Positions 23,964-35,094 of a stretch of 64,000 bases of DNA are shown in pieces. Numbering within the stretch: position 1 is the first letter of the stretch; the number at the start of each line of letters is the position of its first letter. This DNA comes from a virus, in IMG/VR virus record IMGVR_UViG_3300020122_000155, positions 41,066 through 105,065 of that record. One strand, written 5' to 3'. The translations under genes were made by a program, and so were the position numbers. The notes beneath the pieces are model-generated. The model was not told where the DNA came from. It saw nothing but the letters and a program-made list of their open reading frames with translations, and did not search any database.

Positions 23964-26900
23964 GCGAACAAGGACTGCTGGTGCAGGTGATCGTCGTCTG
24001 TGCCCCGTTGGGAGCCGTGAGGATCGCCCGGAACTTCGCCGCCCCGCTCACGCCCGATAACGAGAAGCTGATCGGATAGGTCTTCAGGTTCGCGGGCTGC
24101 ACCGGGCTCAAGCACGGGAAGCTCGCGCAAGTCCTAACCGCCTGATACGCGGGCTGCGTCGAGATTCCATCCATGAGCCCGTAATACTTTGGGCTGGCGA
24201 CGTTACCAGGAACGGTCGCGTAGGACCCCGTGGGCGGATTGTAATCCGGTAATCCTCCTGAGTTCGTCCATGCCGCCCCGAATAGCGCATCCCCGAGAGT
24301 CTTGAAGCCAGTCGTACCCGACAGTCTATACGCCCACGAGACGCCCCCGGCAGCTTCCTGCGCCGTCACACGTTCGCCGTAGGGCAAATTGCCGGAGTTA
24401 CAGGGATACGGATTGGCGGATGGCGGCGAGCAGTTCACAAACCCCGCGCCCTGCCACACCCCCTGAGTCGCCGGGTTGTAGCCCACATTCGCGATCCAGT
24501 TGGCATTGTCCGAAGCGTACCCGGCCAGCAATCCCGACACCGTGTTGCTGCAATTCGTGGGCACCCCCGGCGAGGTACAAGCGGTCGCCAAGGACGCGAT
24601 GGCAAAGCCTTCGGCCTCCAGCCCGCACATAAACGGCTGGCAGCCCCAACCGATATAGGGCACATCCGCGCCGCTGTTGAAGATCGCATATCCCTTGGCT
24701 CCTCCAGTCGTGCCTGAATAGTTCGCCGCGAGGTACAGATTCGAATTCCCGGCCTTGTTGGATGCGAACGTTGCGGTGAACGTGGAGCCGGTTACCCCGG
24801 ATGCTGTGACCAACTCGGTGTTGCTCCCATCCGCGTTCTGGCTGATGAGCGACACGCCGTTGGTGATCCCGGCCATGCTCGCGGGAGTGACTGTGCGAAT
24901 GCCAGCTGTGATCGAAGCTGAAATGGTCGTTGGCGTTCCCGTTCCGAGGATCAGGTGCGTCGCGTCCTTGAACACTGGGATGTAGAACGCGGAATCCCCG
25001 ACAGCATTGTTTGCCGGTCGCGTTCCGGGAGTTGGGAACATCCAAATCGTAGAAGTTGGTCCAAAGTTTCCGAAAGTTGTGCTTGTTCCCGTCACGTTAG
25101 GCGATCCGTTCACCACGCTCACCGAGGAGCCCGAGCCCCAGGAATTGCTGGTCCAGTAGAGAATCGGGAAATATGGGAATGCCCCATCCGCAGTATCTCT
25201 GGAGTTGGTAATGGCGTTATTCGTCACGTCCACCAACGCTTGTCGGCATGTATTCGCGTAGGAGTTCGGATCAAACAAGGCACACTGCGCGACCCGGATC
25301 ATGGCATAACCGAACTCTCTTTGATCGGTGTATAGATCGGCGATCTGAGTCAATCCCGCCTGGGTCAGCTTCGCGATGTCCGTTCCGAACACGTACTCCA
25401 ACCCGGTCCAATAGGAAGGCTGTCCATCGAGCGCGCGAAGAATCACGCCGGAGAGACCCAAAAGCCGCGAGGAGACCTGTCGCCCGGTCCCGTTTATCCC
25501 CGATGGATCGATTGTGGTTGTATACTCATCTCCGAGGTTGATAGCTGGTTGCCGGAACCATCGATCAGCGCGCGCTCTTGCTTGAGTAAGATCCGCCGCA
25601 AGACCGCTCTTAAAAGCCTTGTAATAGTCACCCAAAATGTTATCGTAGTAGTTCCCGTTGTTCTGAAAACTGTTGTAAGTGGGCCATGCTTGATTGTCGA
25701 GAGCGTACTGGACCCCGGACGAGGTTGGGTATCTCCATGCGAGTCCATTGGCCTGCTCGATCACCATGGAAGTATCCGAGTTGCAGCCCAGGATATTCAG
25801 TTGGTTCCGAATCGTCGGAAATGCCGTATTGGGCGCAGGCGTTGCGCTCCACGGCATGATGGTCATGTTGTTCTGAGCGATGTTCGCCGTCGTATAAGTT
25901 CCGATCACAAACCCAAGGAGCGCGTAGGCATTGTTCGCCACGGTTTGAATGGCGAGCGATCCGCTACCTCCGGTCGTAGCAGTCCTGATCTGAACCAATA
26001 AGCCGTTATAGGTTGGTGCGGCAATCCCAGTGCCGCCAATTGCGGTTTGAATATCTGCCCCTATCTGTGCCGGATTACGTGATCCGGTCGTTAGATTTAC
26101 AGTGATCGGAGAGCCACCGTCAAAGACCAATTTGAGAACGTTGTTACTGCCCGTCACGGTGTACGTGTCGGCTGTGTGGATTCCGGCAGATATAGATGCC
26201 ACGGCTCCTGCTTGCGCTGTCGGTTCTGTTGTTCCGCAAGCGCTTGTGAGGAATGTCGTTCCGCTCCCGACAAGGACGTATGAATTTTGAGTTGCCGTAA
26301 CCGTTCCGGCTTGTGCGTAATCAAAAAATGCGATTCCGTTCTGGAAGACCGATCCGCCATTTATCGAGGAAGTCTGAAAGTCCTGTGCCCGAAGACTCTG
26401 CTGGAGTCCGTGGAGCGTGTCGAATAACGGCCAATTAGCAACGGGACTCATCCACTTCTGGAGCGGCCCAAGCATGATGTCCGTGGCGGAGTTTGCGGGC
26501 AACGCCGCGCTGTTAATGGCGATATCGTTGGCATCGGTAGCCACCGTACCCATGTGCTGAGCAAGAACTCCAGTAGTTGGCGTCGCATCCGTAACGCTGA
26601 GTTGGAGGGTATAGTCCCCGGCAGTGAGCCCGTTCACCGTCGCACTTGCGGAGGTCCGCCCGGTTACAATCGGTGGCGCGATTGGATAAGAGAGAAATTG
26701 CCAGAACTGATTGGGTATCGACGAGCTAGCATCCGCCTGAGTGAACGAGGAGGATGAAGATACGGTCTGAGGGTTTCCTGCCCTCCATGTAGTCTGGGAA
26801 AGCGTAATTACCGGAATCGGATTTTGATAAAGCGTGGTGCAATAGCTCGTAGCGGTAGACCCACACGTCCCGGACGGCGTTGATGCGTCCGACATAACCG

Positions 26901-27531
26901 CTGTCCAACCGTTCCCCGAGGCATCAGTAAACGATCCATCGAATTTCCAGTGAACAAACCATGAGCCGGAGTTCAGCGGTCCAACATCTGCCGTTGCGGG
27001 CATCCTGGAATGCGGAGGAATCAGCGTGGTCCCGAAGCGGAAAAAATGGAACCGCTGAGTGGAAGTGTTTCCATTCTGAGCTAAGTAAATTCCGGCACTG
27101 TTCGATCCGGTAAAGCTAGTATATGCCTGTGCTTCAAAAAACTGCTCGACATTGTTTATGTCCCACGCCTCGCAGTAATCGGTCTTCGCCGTGCCAACCG
27201 AACCAGTATCATCGTGCATCAGGCGGACGTAGGCATACCCGTTCACAAAGGATGCTATCGGGATGTCGCACACTCCCGGCCCCACGTCGCGAAGAAACGC
27301 GATGCGAATGTACGCGCCGCTGGAATAGTCTAGTTCTATTCCTATAGCGTTCAATTCCGCAAGCGCACCGCTTCCTGGGCTAGTGATGTCCGATAGTTCA
27401 AACTCGGCGATGATCGCCTGGGAAGTCGTCTGCGCGGTGATGGAGCCGTTTTCCACGCGCACATTGGATAGCTTAATGCCCTGTCCGGCGAAGGCTAAGG
27501 CGGAAGCCAGTAGGCCGAGTATAGTCTTCAT
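23851..27531 (-). CDS. large secreted protein (LamG-like, PKD/Ig-like and helical domains)
   Basis: Signal peptide MKTILGLLASALAFAG; HWKFDG...DASGNG; GL..GDY.LQL.VTD; NYYD...AR.RAD.W. Confidence 0.85.
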   Translation of the reverse strand: MKTILGLLASALAFAGQGIKLSNVRVENGSITAQTTSQAIIAEFELSDITSPGSGALAELNAIGIELDYSSGAYIRIAFLRDVGPGVCDIPIASFVNGYAYVRLMHDDTGSVGTAKTDYCEAWDINNVEQFFEAQAYTSFTGSNSAGIYLAQNGNTSTQRFHFFRFGTTLIPPHSRMPATADVGPLNSGSWFVHWKFDGSFTDASGNGWTAVMSDASTPSGTCGSTATSYCTTLYQNPIPVITLSQTTWRAGNPQTVSSSSSFTQADASSSIPNQFWQFLSYPIAPPIVTGRTSASATVNGLTAGDYTLQLSVTDATPTTGVLAQHMGTVATDANDIAINSAALPANSATDIMLGPLQKWMSPVANWPLFDTLHGLQQSLRAQDFQTSSINGGSVFQNGIAFFDYAQAGTVTATQNSYVLVGSGTTFLTSACGTTEPTAQAGAVASISAGIHTADTYTVTGSNNVLKLVFDGGSPITVNLTTGSRNPAQIGADIQTAIGGTGIAAPTYNGLLVQIRTATTGGSGSLAIQTVANNAYALLGFVIGTYTTANIAQNNMTIMPWSATPAPNTAFPTIRNQLNILGCNSDTSMVIEQANGLAWRYPTSSGVQYALDNQAWPTYNSFQNNGNYYDNILGDYYKAFKSGLAADLTQARARADRWFRQPAINLGDEYTTTIDPSGINGTGRQVSSRLLGLSGVILRALDGQPSYWTGLEYVFGTDIAKLTQAGLTQIADLYTDQREFGYAMIRVAQCALFDPNSYANTCRQALVDVTNNAITNSRDTADGAFPYFPILYWTSNSWGSGSSVSVVNGSPNVTGTSTTFGNFGPTSTIWMFPTPGTRPANNAVGDSAFYIPVFKDATHLILGTGTPTTISASITAGIRTVTPASMAGITNGVSLISQNADGSNTELVTASGVTGSTFTATFASNKAGNSNLYLAANYSGTTGGAKGYAIFNSGADVPYIGWGCQPFMCGLEAEGFAIASLATACTSPGVPTNCSNTVSGLLAGYASDNANWIANVGYNPATQGVWQGAGFVNCSPPSANPYPCNSGNLPYGERVTAQEAAGGVSWAYRLSGTTGFKTLGDALFGAAWTNSGGLPDYNPPTGSYATVPGNVASPKYYGLMDGISTQPAYQAVRTCASFPCLSPVQPANLKTYPISFSLSGVSGAAKFRAILTAPNGAQTTITCTSSPCSLSGLDVRQGDYLLQTQYLTSGNAVLASGDQAKFPVSP

Positions 27532-28643
27532 AGTTGGGTCATCCTAAGATGACTGATGGGATTGTTCCCCGTCGATGAGTTGAAATCAATGCGAAATATC
27601 GTGGTAGCAAAATTGAAAGTTTGTGTCTGGTGCGATAGCGGCCAAAAGTTAACCCCGGCATTCGCAGACCATACCGAGCCCCAAGCATCTGCGAGACTAG
27701 CCGAGCCTATGGTTACTGAAATTGTGAAGAGCGCAGTGGTTGTGTCCTTTAGCGTGATGTTTGGAACTGACGGATTTGCAGGATCTCCAAAGGCTCCATC
27801 GATTTTCCAATATCCAGCGGCGGGTAAATCACAACGCCACGTTGCGGTAGTGCTGGCTGCAAGGTAACTCATACCTTGCAGCCGGTTGTCGCCACTGAGG
27901 TTATTGGCTCGATTTACAGAGGCTACCGATGCTCCGCCCGTTTCCCATCCGCATACCATCGACTGATTATTGGCATTTGTGAATATGTGAGGATAGGCCA
28001 TTGTTCCCAGGGTAGTTTGGTCTGTAGCATAGACCGCAAAGCCCTCTTCTCTAACAGTTCCTCCGGGTCCTCCTCCGAGGGTCGCGCTGGAACGGAAGTC
28101 GAACCCAAAGTCCAACTTTGTTCCACCCACGCTTCCATTGGAAGCCGCCGTGATCCGGCCTTTGGCGTCCACTGTCAGGTTGGTGCTGGTATAACTCCCT
28201 GGAGTAACAGCAGTGTTCGCCAGCGTAATCGCCTGCGATCCACTGCCGGGTCCTGCCGTAGCGTCTCCAGTAAGCTGAGTGATCCCGCTGCCACTCGTCT
28301 GCGGGTTTTGAAGCTGGAATTGAGTGCCATCTGGGATGACGCACATCCATGTACTCGCCTTGATATCATTAGCGACTAGCGCGACCGTTCCATTTTTAGT
28401 GATAGCAGTAGCCGTCAACGTCCCGTTTGGGGTCGTAATGGCCAAAGTTGGAGCCGCTCCCGTATTCGCTGCGCTTGCCTTCCAGCACACTTGCGGTTGG
28501 CCGGATGACAGCGAATAAGGCTGCGTGATGGTTACAGTCTGCGCTTGAGCGGTGCCGCCACCTGTGCCATAGAAAGAAATTAGGCCGGGAGTGGATTGTG
28601 CTAACGCCAACGACGAAGCGATCAAAAAGAGTATGGTCTTCAT
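27528..28643 (-). CDS. secreted fibre-like protein
   Basis: Signal peptide ...LALAQ; VTPGSYT..NLTVDAKGRITAASNG fibre motif. Confidence 0.85.
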   Translation of the reverse strand: MKTILFLIASSLALAQSTPGLISFYGTGGGTAQAQTVTITQPYSLSSGQPQVCWKASAANTGAAPTLAITTPNGTLTATAITKNGTVALVANDIKASTWMCVIPDGTQFQLQNPQTSGSGITQLTGDATAGPGSGSQAITLANTAVTPGSYTSTNLTVDAKGRITAASNGSVGGTKLDFGFDFRSSATLGGGPGGTVREEGFAVYATDQTTLGTMAYPHIFTNANNQSMVCGWETGGASVASVNRANNLSGDNRLQGMSYLAASTTATWRCDLPAAGYWKIDGAFGDPANPSVPNITLKDTTTALFTISVTIGSASLADAWGSVWSANAGVNFWPLSHQTQTFNFATTIFRIDFNSSTGNNPISHLRMTQL

Positions 28644-28646
28644 AAA

Positions 28647-31600
28647 TTATTTAGCGACGGCAGAACCTAGAACCTTTCCGCTTCCAAGGCGCACGCTTCC
28701 GCCGCCTGTCACCGAGCCAGATAATGGTGTAAACGCCGAACCATTCCATGCCCTTGCATAGAGTTGCTGAGTGCTGGAACCCCAGTCCTGTTCGTTAAAT
28801 GCAACCACTGGCTGAGAATTGTAGTAGGCAAGAGAAGCCCGCTGAACGGACCCGTAAAGAGCATCAGCGTTAAATGCAGTCCCCAGAAGCGCCCAGGAGG
28901 AAGTGAATTTCGCCACATATCCCTGAGCCCGTTCTTCTGAGGGCTCCCCGCTTACATAAGCATGAGGAGGTTGATATTCCACCCAAGCAACATATAGATT
29001 CGTACCGTCGCTTGCAATAGACGGATGAAAGGCCCAACCATTGCCGTTCGGGTCCTGGTTAATCGATCCGCTCCCGACCGTCGCCCACGCCCCGGCTGAT
29101 ACTTTTCGCACCCAAAGTTGGGCATTCCCGGCGAGCGTTCGTTCGGTAAAGGCTACATATGGCGTCCCGGAGACATAGATCAGCGACGGGTCGATGGCGT
29201 AGTTGTTTGCGTTTACATTTGCGATTCCTCCGCCCTGCACTGTCCATGCCGAACTGATATAGCAGGAAAGATGAACCTTGGCTTGCCCTGAGGTGATCAG
29301 ATCGCCATTATCGACCGTATAGTCGGCCCAAGTCACGCATGGGTGTGTTCCGTCGCTTGCAATTGCGTAATTCGGAGAGGCGGCGGTTCCGGTTGCATTT
29401 AGCGCTCCGCTGCCGACAAGCGTCCAGGCGCTTCCACTCCAGGAGTATACAAAAATTTGGTTGTGCGACGGCGGGGAGTTAGCTGTCGGAGTTTCAAACG
29501 TGGCCGCATAGGCCGTTCCACCAACGTCGGTAAATTGAATCCCTCCAGCACCTCCTGTCGAACTGGATTCGATCGCGAATGGTGCCGCGCAGTTCACACT
29601 AAAAGACGTACCGCTCGCTTGTGTCGCGAAGAGTAATCGGTTATTGCCCTGCGTTCCGTAGGTTCCCAGCCACCACACACCGCCAGCATAGGCAATTGTG
29701 GAATTATGCCACAGTCCGCCAGTCCCGCAGGAGCCGCTGAATGTAACCGTCCATGTTGTCCATGAAGATCCATTCCAAGAGTCAACATATGATGTGGGAA
29801 ACGGGGTTTGCGCGCCGACGTTAAATGGATCAGATAATTCGGAGCGGGATATATTGAGCAAGCTGTTGCCCGTCGAGGTCATAGGCTTCTGAGCCCAACC
29901 GTTCGTTGTAGTGGTTCGCGATCCCGTCTGCACTTCACTAACGAACGGATTGACGGCACTGACGATATTTCCTCCAACCGCTCCAGGAGAAGCGCCGAGG
30001 GTGATGCCAGGAGACGGTCCGGTGCCTCCGTAACGATAGAAATAGGTTGCTGCAAAATTCTGGCTGGCGGTAAAGGACGGCGAGTCGGCGTAGAACGCAC
30101 ACGACCCCGTGTTGCATGGAGGACTCACCAGGATGTGTATGTTGTGAACCGGATCATACGTCATGCCTTCCCACGGTGCGGCTGTATATACACTGGGCGT
30201 TGTCCCGCTGGGACTAAGCTGCGTCCACGCTGGAGAGGCGAGATTCATTGCCCAAAGATCCGTTACTATGCCGGTGCCACTGGATTCTCCGCAACTGCTT
30301 GCCTGACCTGCGCAGGCCCCACCGAATAAAAGCAGCACGTTATTGGTCGTGTCAATATCAATAGCTGCCCAACCGCGCCCGCTTGGAGGCGTGCCTGTTG
30401 GTTGAAGTTGTGTCCACGTCCAAGTGCTTGCCGAGTAGCACAGCTTGTATAACCCGTTTAAAAAATTCCCAGCGCCGGTAGTTCCGCCAAACAGATATCC
30501 ACATCCGTCGCCGGAATTGTAAGCGGTGGCCGTTGAGAATAGCAATCCAGGATCGGCATCGCAAGCACCGCCCCCAGCTTTGGTGCAGGCTGGAGATTGA
30601 GAAGTCCATGTATTTGACGTGATATTCCAGTTCCACACGCCACGACCGCCAGTCATCATCGTATAGGCTCCGTAACTGGGAATGAATTGAGACGATGGTT
30701 CAGCCGGGCGATCCGGGGATACGGTCGCTCCACTGGTCGAAAATGTTTGCTTCTCCAGACCTATTTGTGATCCGAGATCGTAAAGCCAAGTGCGGTAAAT
30801 CCCCTCAAATCCACTTGACCCGGAACCACAACACCAGCCCTCATGTGTATGGTTTGCGGTGTCGTAAGTTAACCAGAATCCGTCCTGGTGTCCGCTCTCC
30901 GGGAAGTGCTCATCGTGGTATGGCTCTGTACGTGCCATAAGCATCCAGTTGTTTAGTTCGTAATCATAGGCGAACACCGCATTGTTTGCTTCGCTATTCG
31001 CATCGTGATAGTTGCCCCAAAAGATGAGCTTGCTTAGATCTGGATTCCATGTTTGCTTGGTCCAGCCAGGATTTCCGATGGGGACGCCATGGGTTTGCAT
31101 CGTGTACCAAGTATTATTGGCGAGAGACGCCCACGCCTTGACCATGAAGTTCGCTGCGGTAAGATTTGTCTGTCCTCCGCAAGCGCTCGATGCTACGGTG
31201 ATGGTCTGCGTGGTGCCGCTGGGGGCCGGGAGGCCGGTTACTTCCGTAGCCGCCCACCAGTTCTGCTGTGTCGCGGGGTTTCCAATCCAGGTATTAGTGC
31301 CGGGGTCGAACCCGATGTTCTCGACCAAGGAAAGAGCGCTGGATGTAGCGCATTTCAGACGGTAAGCCGTGGCACCAGGGGGGACGTTAATGTTCACACT
31401 ATAGGTCGTGGTCCCGGTAACGCTTGTGATTTTGGCCAGCACGAGAGACTGTCCCGATGTGGCTGGTGCTGCCGTCCCGACGTTCGCGATCACATTTAGC
31501 ACCTGTGCGAACTGGTAATTGTTGAAGTCGTCAACGTTTCCGTCCGCCAAGACCCGTTGATAGGCCGTGAGAAACTTGTCCTTCCAGATCGAGACGGACC

Positions 31601-34316
31601 CATTGTAGAGGTTCTGGAAATAGTATCGATTCACGGTCGTTTCAATCCCGTTGTTCGGGGTCGGAGTGTAATAATCGAAGGTATTCCCGGTTGCAGCACA
31701 TCCGCGAGGGACATTGTTCGCAGCGTCAATTGCGAGATAGTAGCGGGCTCCTTGAGTAGCCCAGGACCCGGTTCCATCCTGATAATAGTCTTCGGTCAGT
31801 TCAAACTGGCTGGTCCCATAGATCAAGTCGAATGCCTCTGTGTAATATGTCCAACCGGACCCGAGTTCGTTTCTCAGTTCCCAAAGCCCCCCCTCAAGAA
31901 TGTCCTGCTGAAACGCACCCGCTATCCGGTACGGAGAGGCATTTGCGCAGATCGCCGAGCCTTCCGCTGTGGTGACGTTCTGATAAGTCCCTTGCTGCAT
32001 TCCACGGAGGCGGCTCACTCCCGCTTGATAGTTGTCCGCCGATCCGACGATGCAACCAGGAGGGTTCGTCCCTCCAGGAACAGCTACACAAAGATCCGGG
32101 TGGACTTGTTTCGTATAAACATTCTGGCCTTGCGTGGATACACCCGCCGCATCGGTAGAGTCACCCACTGAAGTCAGGAAGTTATGCGCTCGCGCTGCCC
32201 AGGAGGAGGCCACCCCGACTGAGCGCGGGTTGATATACCCGCCCTTATTCCCGTAGAGACCGGACCATGAACTGCTATAGAGATCAAGCGCCCCGGCTGA
32301 TGCCCCGACCGTGGACGTACCCACCGGAGAAATAGCATCATGAACATTCTCATCGCCAGTCAGGTAGTAGTAATCGAAGATCCCGTAAGCGTGGCAGTGC
32401 TCCTGCCCGCAGAAGTCCCACCGTCCCGACCAACCACCAGGATAGACTTGGGCTGCATTGGTCGGGGTGAACAGATTCGGATAGCCCCGCTGGTCAATAT
32501 CGCCAGTGTGCGATGACCATTGATCTCCGAGAAGGTAAGGGAAGCTAGTACACGCCACGAATCGATACCACTGCGCGGCGTTGATATAAGATCCGCCCCA
32601 TCCTCTACGGATGAAATTAAGCAGTTCAGACCAGTGAAACTCGATTTGATTCCCGCCTCCGCCGCCTTCCCATGAATAGTAAAGATACGCCAGAATCGGA
32701 TAGTTCGAGTTTCCGTCCGTGCCGAGATCGCGCCCAGTGAAGGATGCGCTAAAAGAGGGCTTCTGAGGGGCGAATGTAGCGAAGAAATTATCCTCCACGG
32801 ACGGCGCAACTAGCGCCCAATCGTTCTGGGTGGTGAGCGCGGCAGTTGTGTTGTACCACGTATACGCCGCGTGCCCGATCAAGGGAAGCTCGAAGGATAG
32901 GAAGTCATTAGCTGCAGACGATGGAAGAGAGGTGAAAAACTCCAGAAACGTATCGGACATTTTGCGTTCCTGCCATGCCTGATAGTAAAAACTCGTTCCT
33001 GTCCCTGGCCCTCCTGTTGGGTTTCCATTCTCACTGGCAAAAATACCAATCCGCACATCCGCCCCGCCGTTGTCGAACTCCAGAGAGCGAGGGCCATATG
33101 CCGCCATCTGATTCGAGCCGACAACCATGCCGACATTACTGGAGTTGTAAATCTCGCCCCATCCGGCAGGATAGGCAGACGTGCCGCCTGATGCTGTTGT
33201 ACTTCCTCCATTACGGACCAGATAGCCGGTGTCGGGGGTGTAGGCGGCGGGCAGCGCTACGGTGCCATTGGTCATGAAGTTGGACTGACCTTGGTACATG
33301 TACACGTTTGTCGTGCTGCTGACCGTCCCCGAGCACACGCCGGAAGTGCAAGCCGTGGGATCGGCTCCGAATTTCCAGTTCAACGTACCACTGATATTTG
33401 GGGTGATCTTCAGTTCATATGCGGCCATGCCCTTGAACGCGCTGGTGAGATTAGCGGTCGCGGAATACCCTCCATTTAGAATCGTGTTTGTAACCCGGAC
33501 CCACTGCTTGCCATAGTAGAAATAGAGTCGCACGACGAAAGTAGTATATGGATTCCCGCTCCCATCCTTCATCGTTCCGGTGATTCTGATAACCGCTTTC
33601 GCTGGACCGTTCTCCTCGATAGTTGCGGTGGAGGATGTGTCATTAGTCGAGGCGTAGACCGTCGTGCAGGTGCCACAGGCGCTGTTTCCCGCCGAGGGGC
33701 CGTGGAGCACGAGGCCTGCCGACGCGCCGGATGAAACAACCGTGGTGGAACCTATTTGCACCTGATGGATGATGTCAGTAGAGGCTTTGAGAATCGTGAA
33801 ACAGATCGCCGAGCCCGCGCCGCATGTCCCACCATTGGTTGAGACTGTAATCGTGGTTCCATTGTCAGTCGCTATCGTTCCCGATCCGCCAAAGTTTCCT
33901 GAGCCAGTATTGACGAGGGTATAGGACGTGTTGACCGCACCAGCGCTTACGCTTGCCTGAGTGTCTACCTCAACCCACTTGATATTGGTAGAGGCAGAAC
34001 ATGAAGTCGCAGGAGTGCCGGTCGGCGTTCCGCCGCCCCAGCAGGAAAGCACGCGGAACTGGCCAATCGATGCCCCGGTGATCCCGAGGCCAGAAGTAGA
34101 GTTGATGCCGTCTGCACCATTCGTAAGCGGAACGCCAAATGTCACCGGGTCATTTGTGCGAGCAATTCCCCCTCTCGTGGTGAAGGAGGGAGCGGTCGTG
34201 TTGGTAACCGTGCCGGTCGGATCTCCAGGATAGAGCGCTTCCTGGATGGTCAACTGTTGGCTGATCGTAGCAGCAAATAGAGGAAGTGCGAGCAGGAAGG
34301 AAAGTATTTTCTTCAT
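28647..34316 (-). CDS. very large secreted protein: PcRGLX/YetA-like lyase domains plus Kelch/beta-propellers
   Basis: Signal peptide; PVTFGVPL..QFRVL..W..IKWV.VD; EENGP.KAVIR; EH.H..G..DYYYLTGD; Kelch LFGG...WTQL.P.GTPPS repeats. Confidence 0.85.
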   Translation of the reverse strand: MKKILSFLLALPLFAATISQQLTIQEALYPGDPTGTVTNTTAPSFTTRGGIARTNDPVTFGVPLTNGADGINSTSGLGITGASIGQFRVLSCWGGGTPTGTPATSCSASTNIKWVEVDTQASVSAGAVNTSYTLVNTGSGNFGGSGTIATDNGTTITVSTNGGTCGAGSAICFTILKASTDIIHQVQIGSTTVVSSGASAGLVLHGPSAGNSACGTCTTVYASTNDTSSTATIEENGPAKAVIRITGTMKDGSGNPYTTFVVRLYFYYGKQWVRVTNTILNGGYSATANLTSAFKGMAAYELKITPNISGTLNWKFGADPTACTSGVCSGTVSSTTNVYMYQGQSNFMTNGTVALPAAYTPDTGYLVRNGGSTTASGGTSAYPAGWGEIYNSSNVGMVVGSNQMAAYGPRSLEFDNGGADVRIGIFASENGNPTGGPGTGTSFYYQAWQERKMSDTFLEFFTSLPSSAANDFLSFELPLIGHAAYTWYNTTAALTTQNDWALVAPSVEDNFFATFAPQKPSFSASFTGRDLGTDGNSNYPILAYLYYSWEGGGGGNQIEFHWSELLNFIRRGWGGSYINAAQWYRFVACTSFPYLLGDQWSSHTGDIDQRGYPNLFTPTNAAQVYPGGWSGRWDFCGQEHCHAYGIFDYYYLTGDENVHDAISPVGTSTVGASAGALDLYSSSWSGLYGNKGGYINPRSVGVASSWAARAHNFLTSVGDSTDAAGVSTQGQNVYTKQVHPDLCVAVPGGTNPPGCIVGSADNYQAGVSRLRGMQQGTYQNVTTAEGSAICANASPYRIAGAFQQDILEGGLWELRNELGSGWTYYTEAFDLIYGTSQFELTEDYYQDGTGSWATQGARYYLAIDAANNVPRGCAATGNTFDYYTPTPNNGIETTVNRYYFQNLYNGSVSIWKDKFLTAYQRVLADGNVDDFNNYQFAQVLNVIANVGTAAPATSGQSLVLAKITSVTGTTTYSVNINVPPGATAYRLKCATSSALSLVENIGFDPGTNTWIGNPATQQNWWAATEVTGLPAPSGTTQTITVASSACGGQTNLTAANFMVKAWASLANNTWYTMQTHGVPIGNPGWTKQTWNPDLSKLIFWGNYHDANSEANNAVFAYDYELNNWMLMARTEPYHDEHFPESGHQDGFWLTYDTANHTHEGWCCGSGSSGFEGIYRTWLYDLGSQIGLEKQTFSTSGATVSPDRPAEPSSQFIPSYGAYTMMTGGRGVWNWNITSNTWTSQSPACTKAGGGACDADPGLLFSTATAYNSGDGCGYLFGGTTGAGNFLNGLYKLCYSASTWTWTQLQPTGTPPSGRGWAAIDIDTTNNVLLLFGGACAGQASSCGESSGTGIVTDLWAMNLASPAWTQLSPSGTTPSVYTAAPWEGMTYDPVHNIHILVSPPCNTGSCAFYADSPSFTASQNFAATYFYRYGGTGPSPGITLGASPGAVGGNIVSAVNPFVSEVQTGSRTTTTNGWAQKPMTSTGNSLLNISRSELSDPFNVGAQTPFPTSYVDSWNGSSWTTWTVTFSGSCGTGGLWHNSTIAYAGGVWWLGTYGTQGNNRLLFATQASGTSFSVNCAAPFAIESSSTGGAGGIQFTDVGGTAYAATFETPTANSPPSHNQIFVYSWSGSAWTLVGSGALNATGTAASPNYAIASDGTHPCVTWADYTVDNGDLITSGQAKVHLSCYISSAWTVQGGGIANVNANNYAIDPSLIYVSGTPYVAFTERTLAGNAQLWVRKVSAGAWATVGSGSINQDPNGNGWAFHPSIASDGTNLYVAWVEYQPPHAYVSGEPSEERAQGYVAKFTSSWALLGTAFNADALYGSVQRASLAYYNSQPVVAFNEQDWGSSTQQLYARAWNGSAFTPLSGSVTGGGSVRLGSGKVLGSAVAK

Positions 34317-35092
34317 GGCTTGTAAGCGGCGATGACGCCATAGACAGAGGTATTACCTGTCGTCGTTCCGGCAGCGGTAAATGTTCCAGAACTGGTAGCA
34401 ATCTGGTGCCAAGTCACCATCTCATGAGCGCCACCATCAGTGACGGTATTATCTAGACCAAAAGGAGCTGTGACAGTGTAGGTATTAGAGAAGGCAAGCT
34501 GGTGTGAGAATCCAAGAACTAGATCATTAGAAACAGCAGCGGAATTGCTAGGGCCAATTGACCAGCCGAACGGACTACTACCGCTGACGGCCACGCCGAA
34601 GTCAAGTGCGGCCCCATCTGGTGCACAGTGATTGGTGCCGCAGGTATATTCGCCAACTTCAGCAACAGTATAGGTGGTGCCACCCGTAAACGTTATCGTG
34701 ATCGCATGGCTTGTTCCACCGCTGATATTGGAAGCTCGATAAATTGCTCCTGTTCCCTGTGCTCCTGCATTGCTGGCAGGGCCATAATCCGTTACCCAGG
34801 TATTACAGGGAGAAGCACACCCAGTATGCGTATCCGCAATCGACCAAGGGAGTTTCGCGCTTGGATCTGACGAGTTGTAGTAATCCACGATCTTAATGAT
34901 GATCGTATTCCCGGAGGTCGTAGAACTGCCGAATGTCAAAGTGATTGACGCTGCGGGGAAGGTGTTGCCAGTCTGAAGTTGCACCTGAGTAATGGACCCG
35001 CCGCCTCCACCCAATACATTCCCGCCCGGACCGGGAATGCGAACCTGTGCAAATACAGATAAACAGATGATCAATCCTAGGATAATCCTCAT
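34313..35092 (-). CDS. secreted beta-rich protein
   Basis: Signal peptide ...SVFAQ; G/T/S-rich. Confidence 0.8.
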   Translation of the reverse strand: MRIILGLIICLSVFAQVRIPGPGGNVLGGGGGSITQVQLQTGNTFPAASITLTFGSSTTSGNTIIIKIVDYYNSSDPSAKLPWSIADTHTGCASPCNTWVTDYGPASNAGAQGTGAIYRASNISGGTSHAITITFTGGTTYTVAEVGEYTCGTNHCAPDGAALDFGVAVSGSSPFGWSIGPSNSAAVSNDLVLGFSHQLAFSNTYTVTAPFGLDNTVTDGGAHEMVTWHQIATSSGTFTAAGTTTGNTSVYGVIAAYKP

Positions 35093-35094
35093 AG

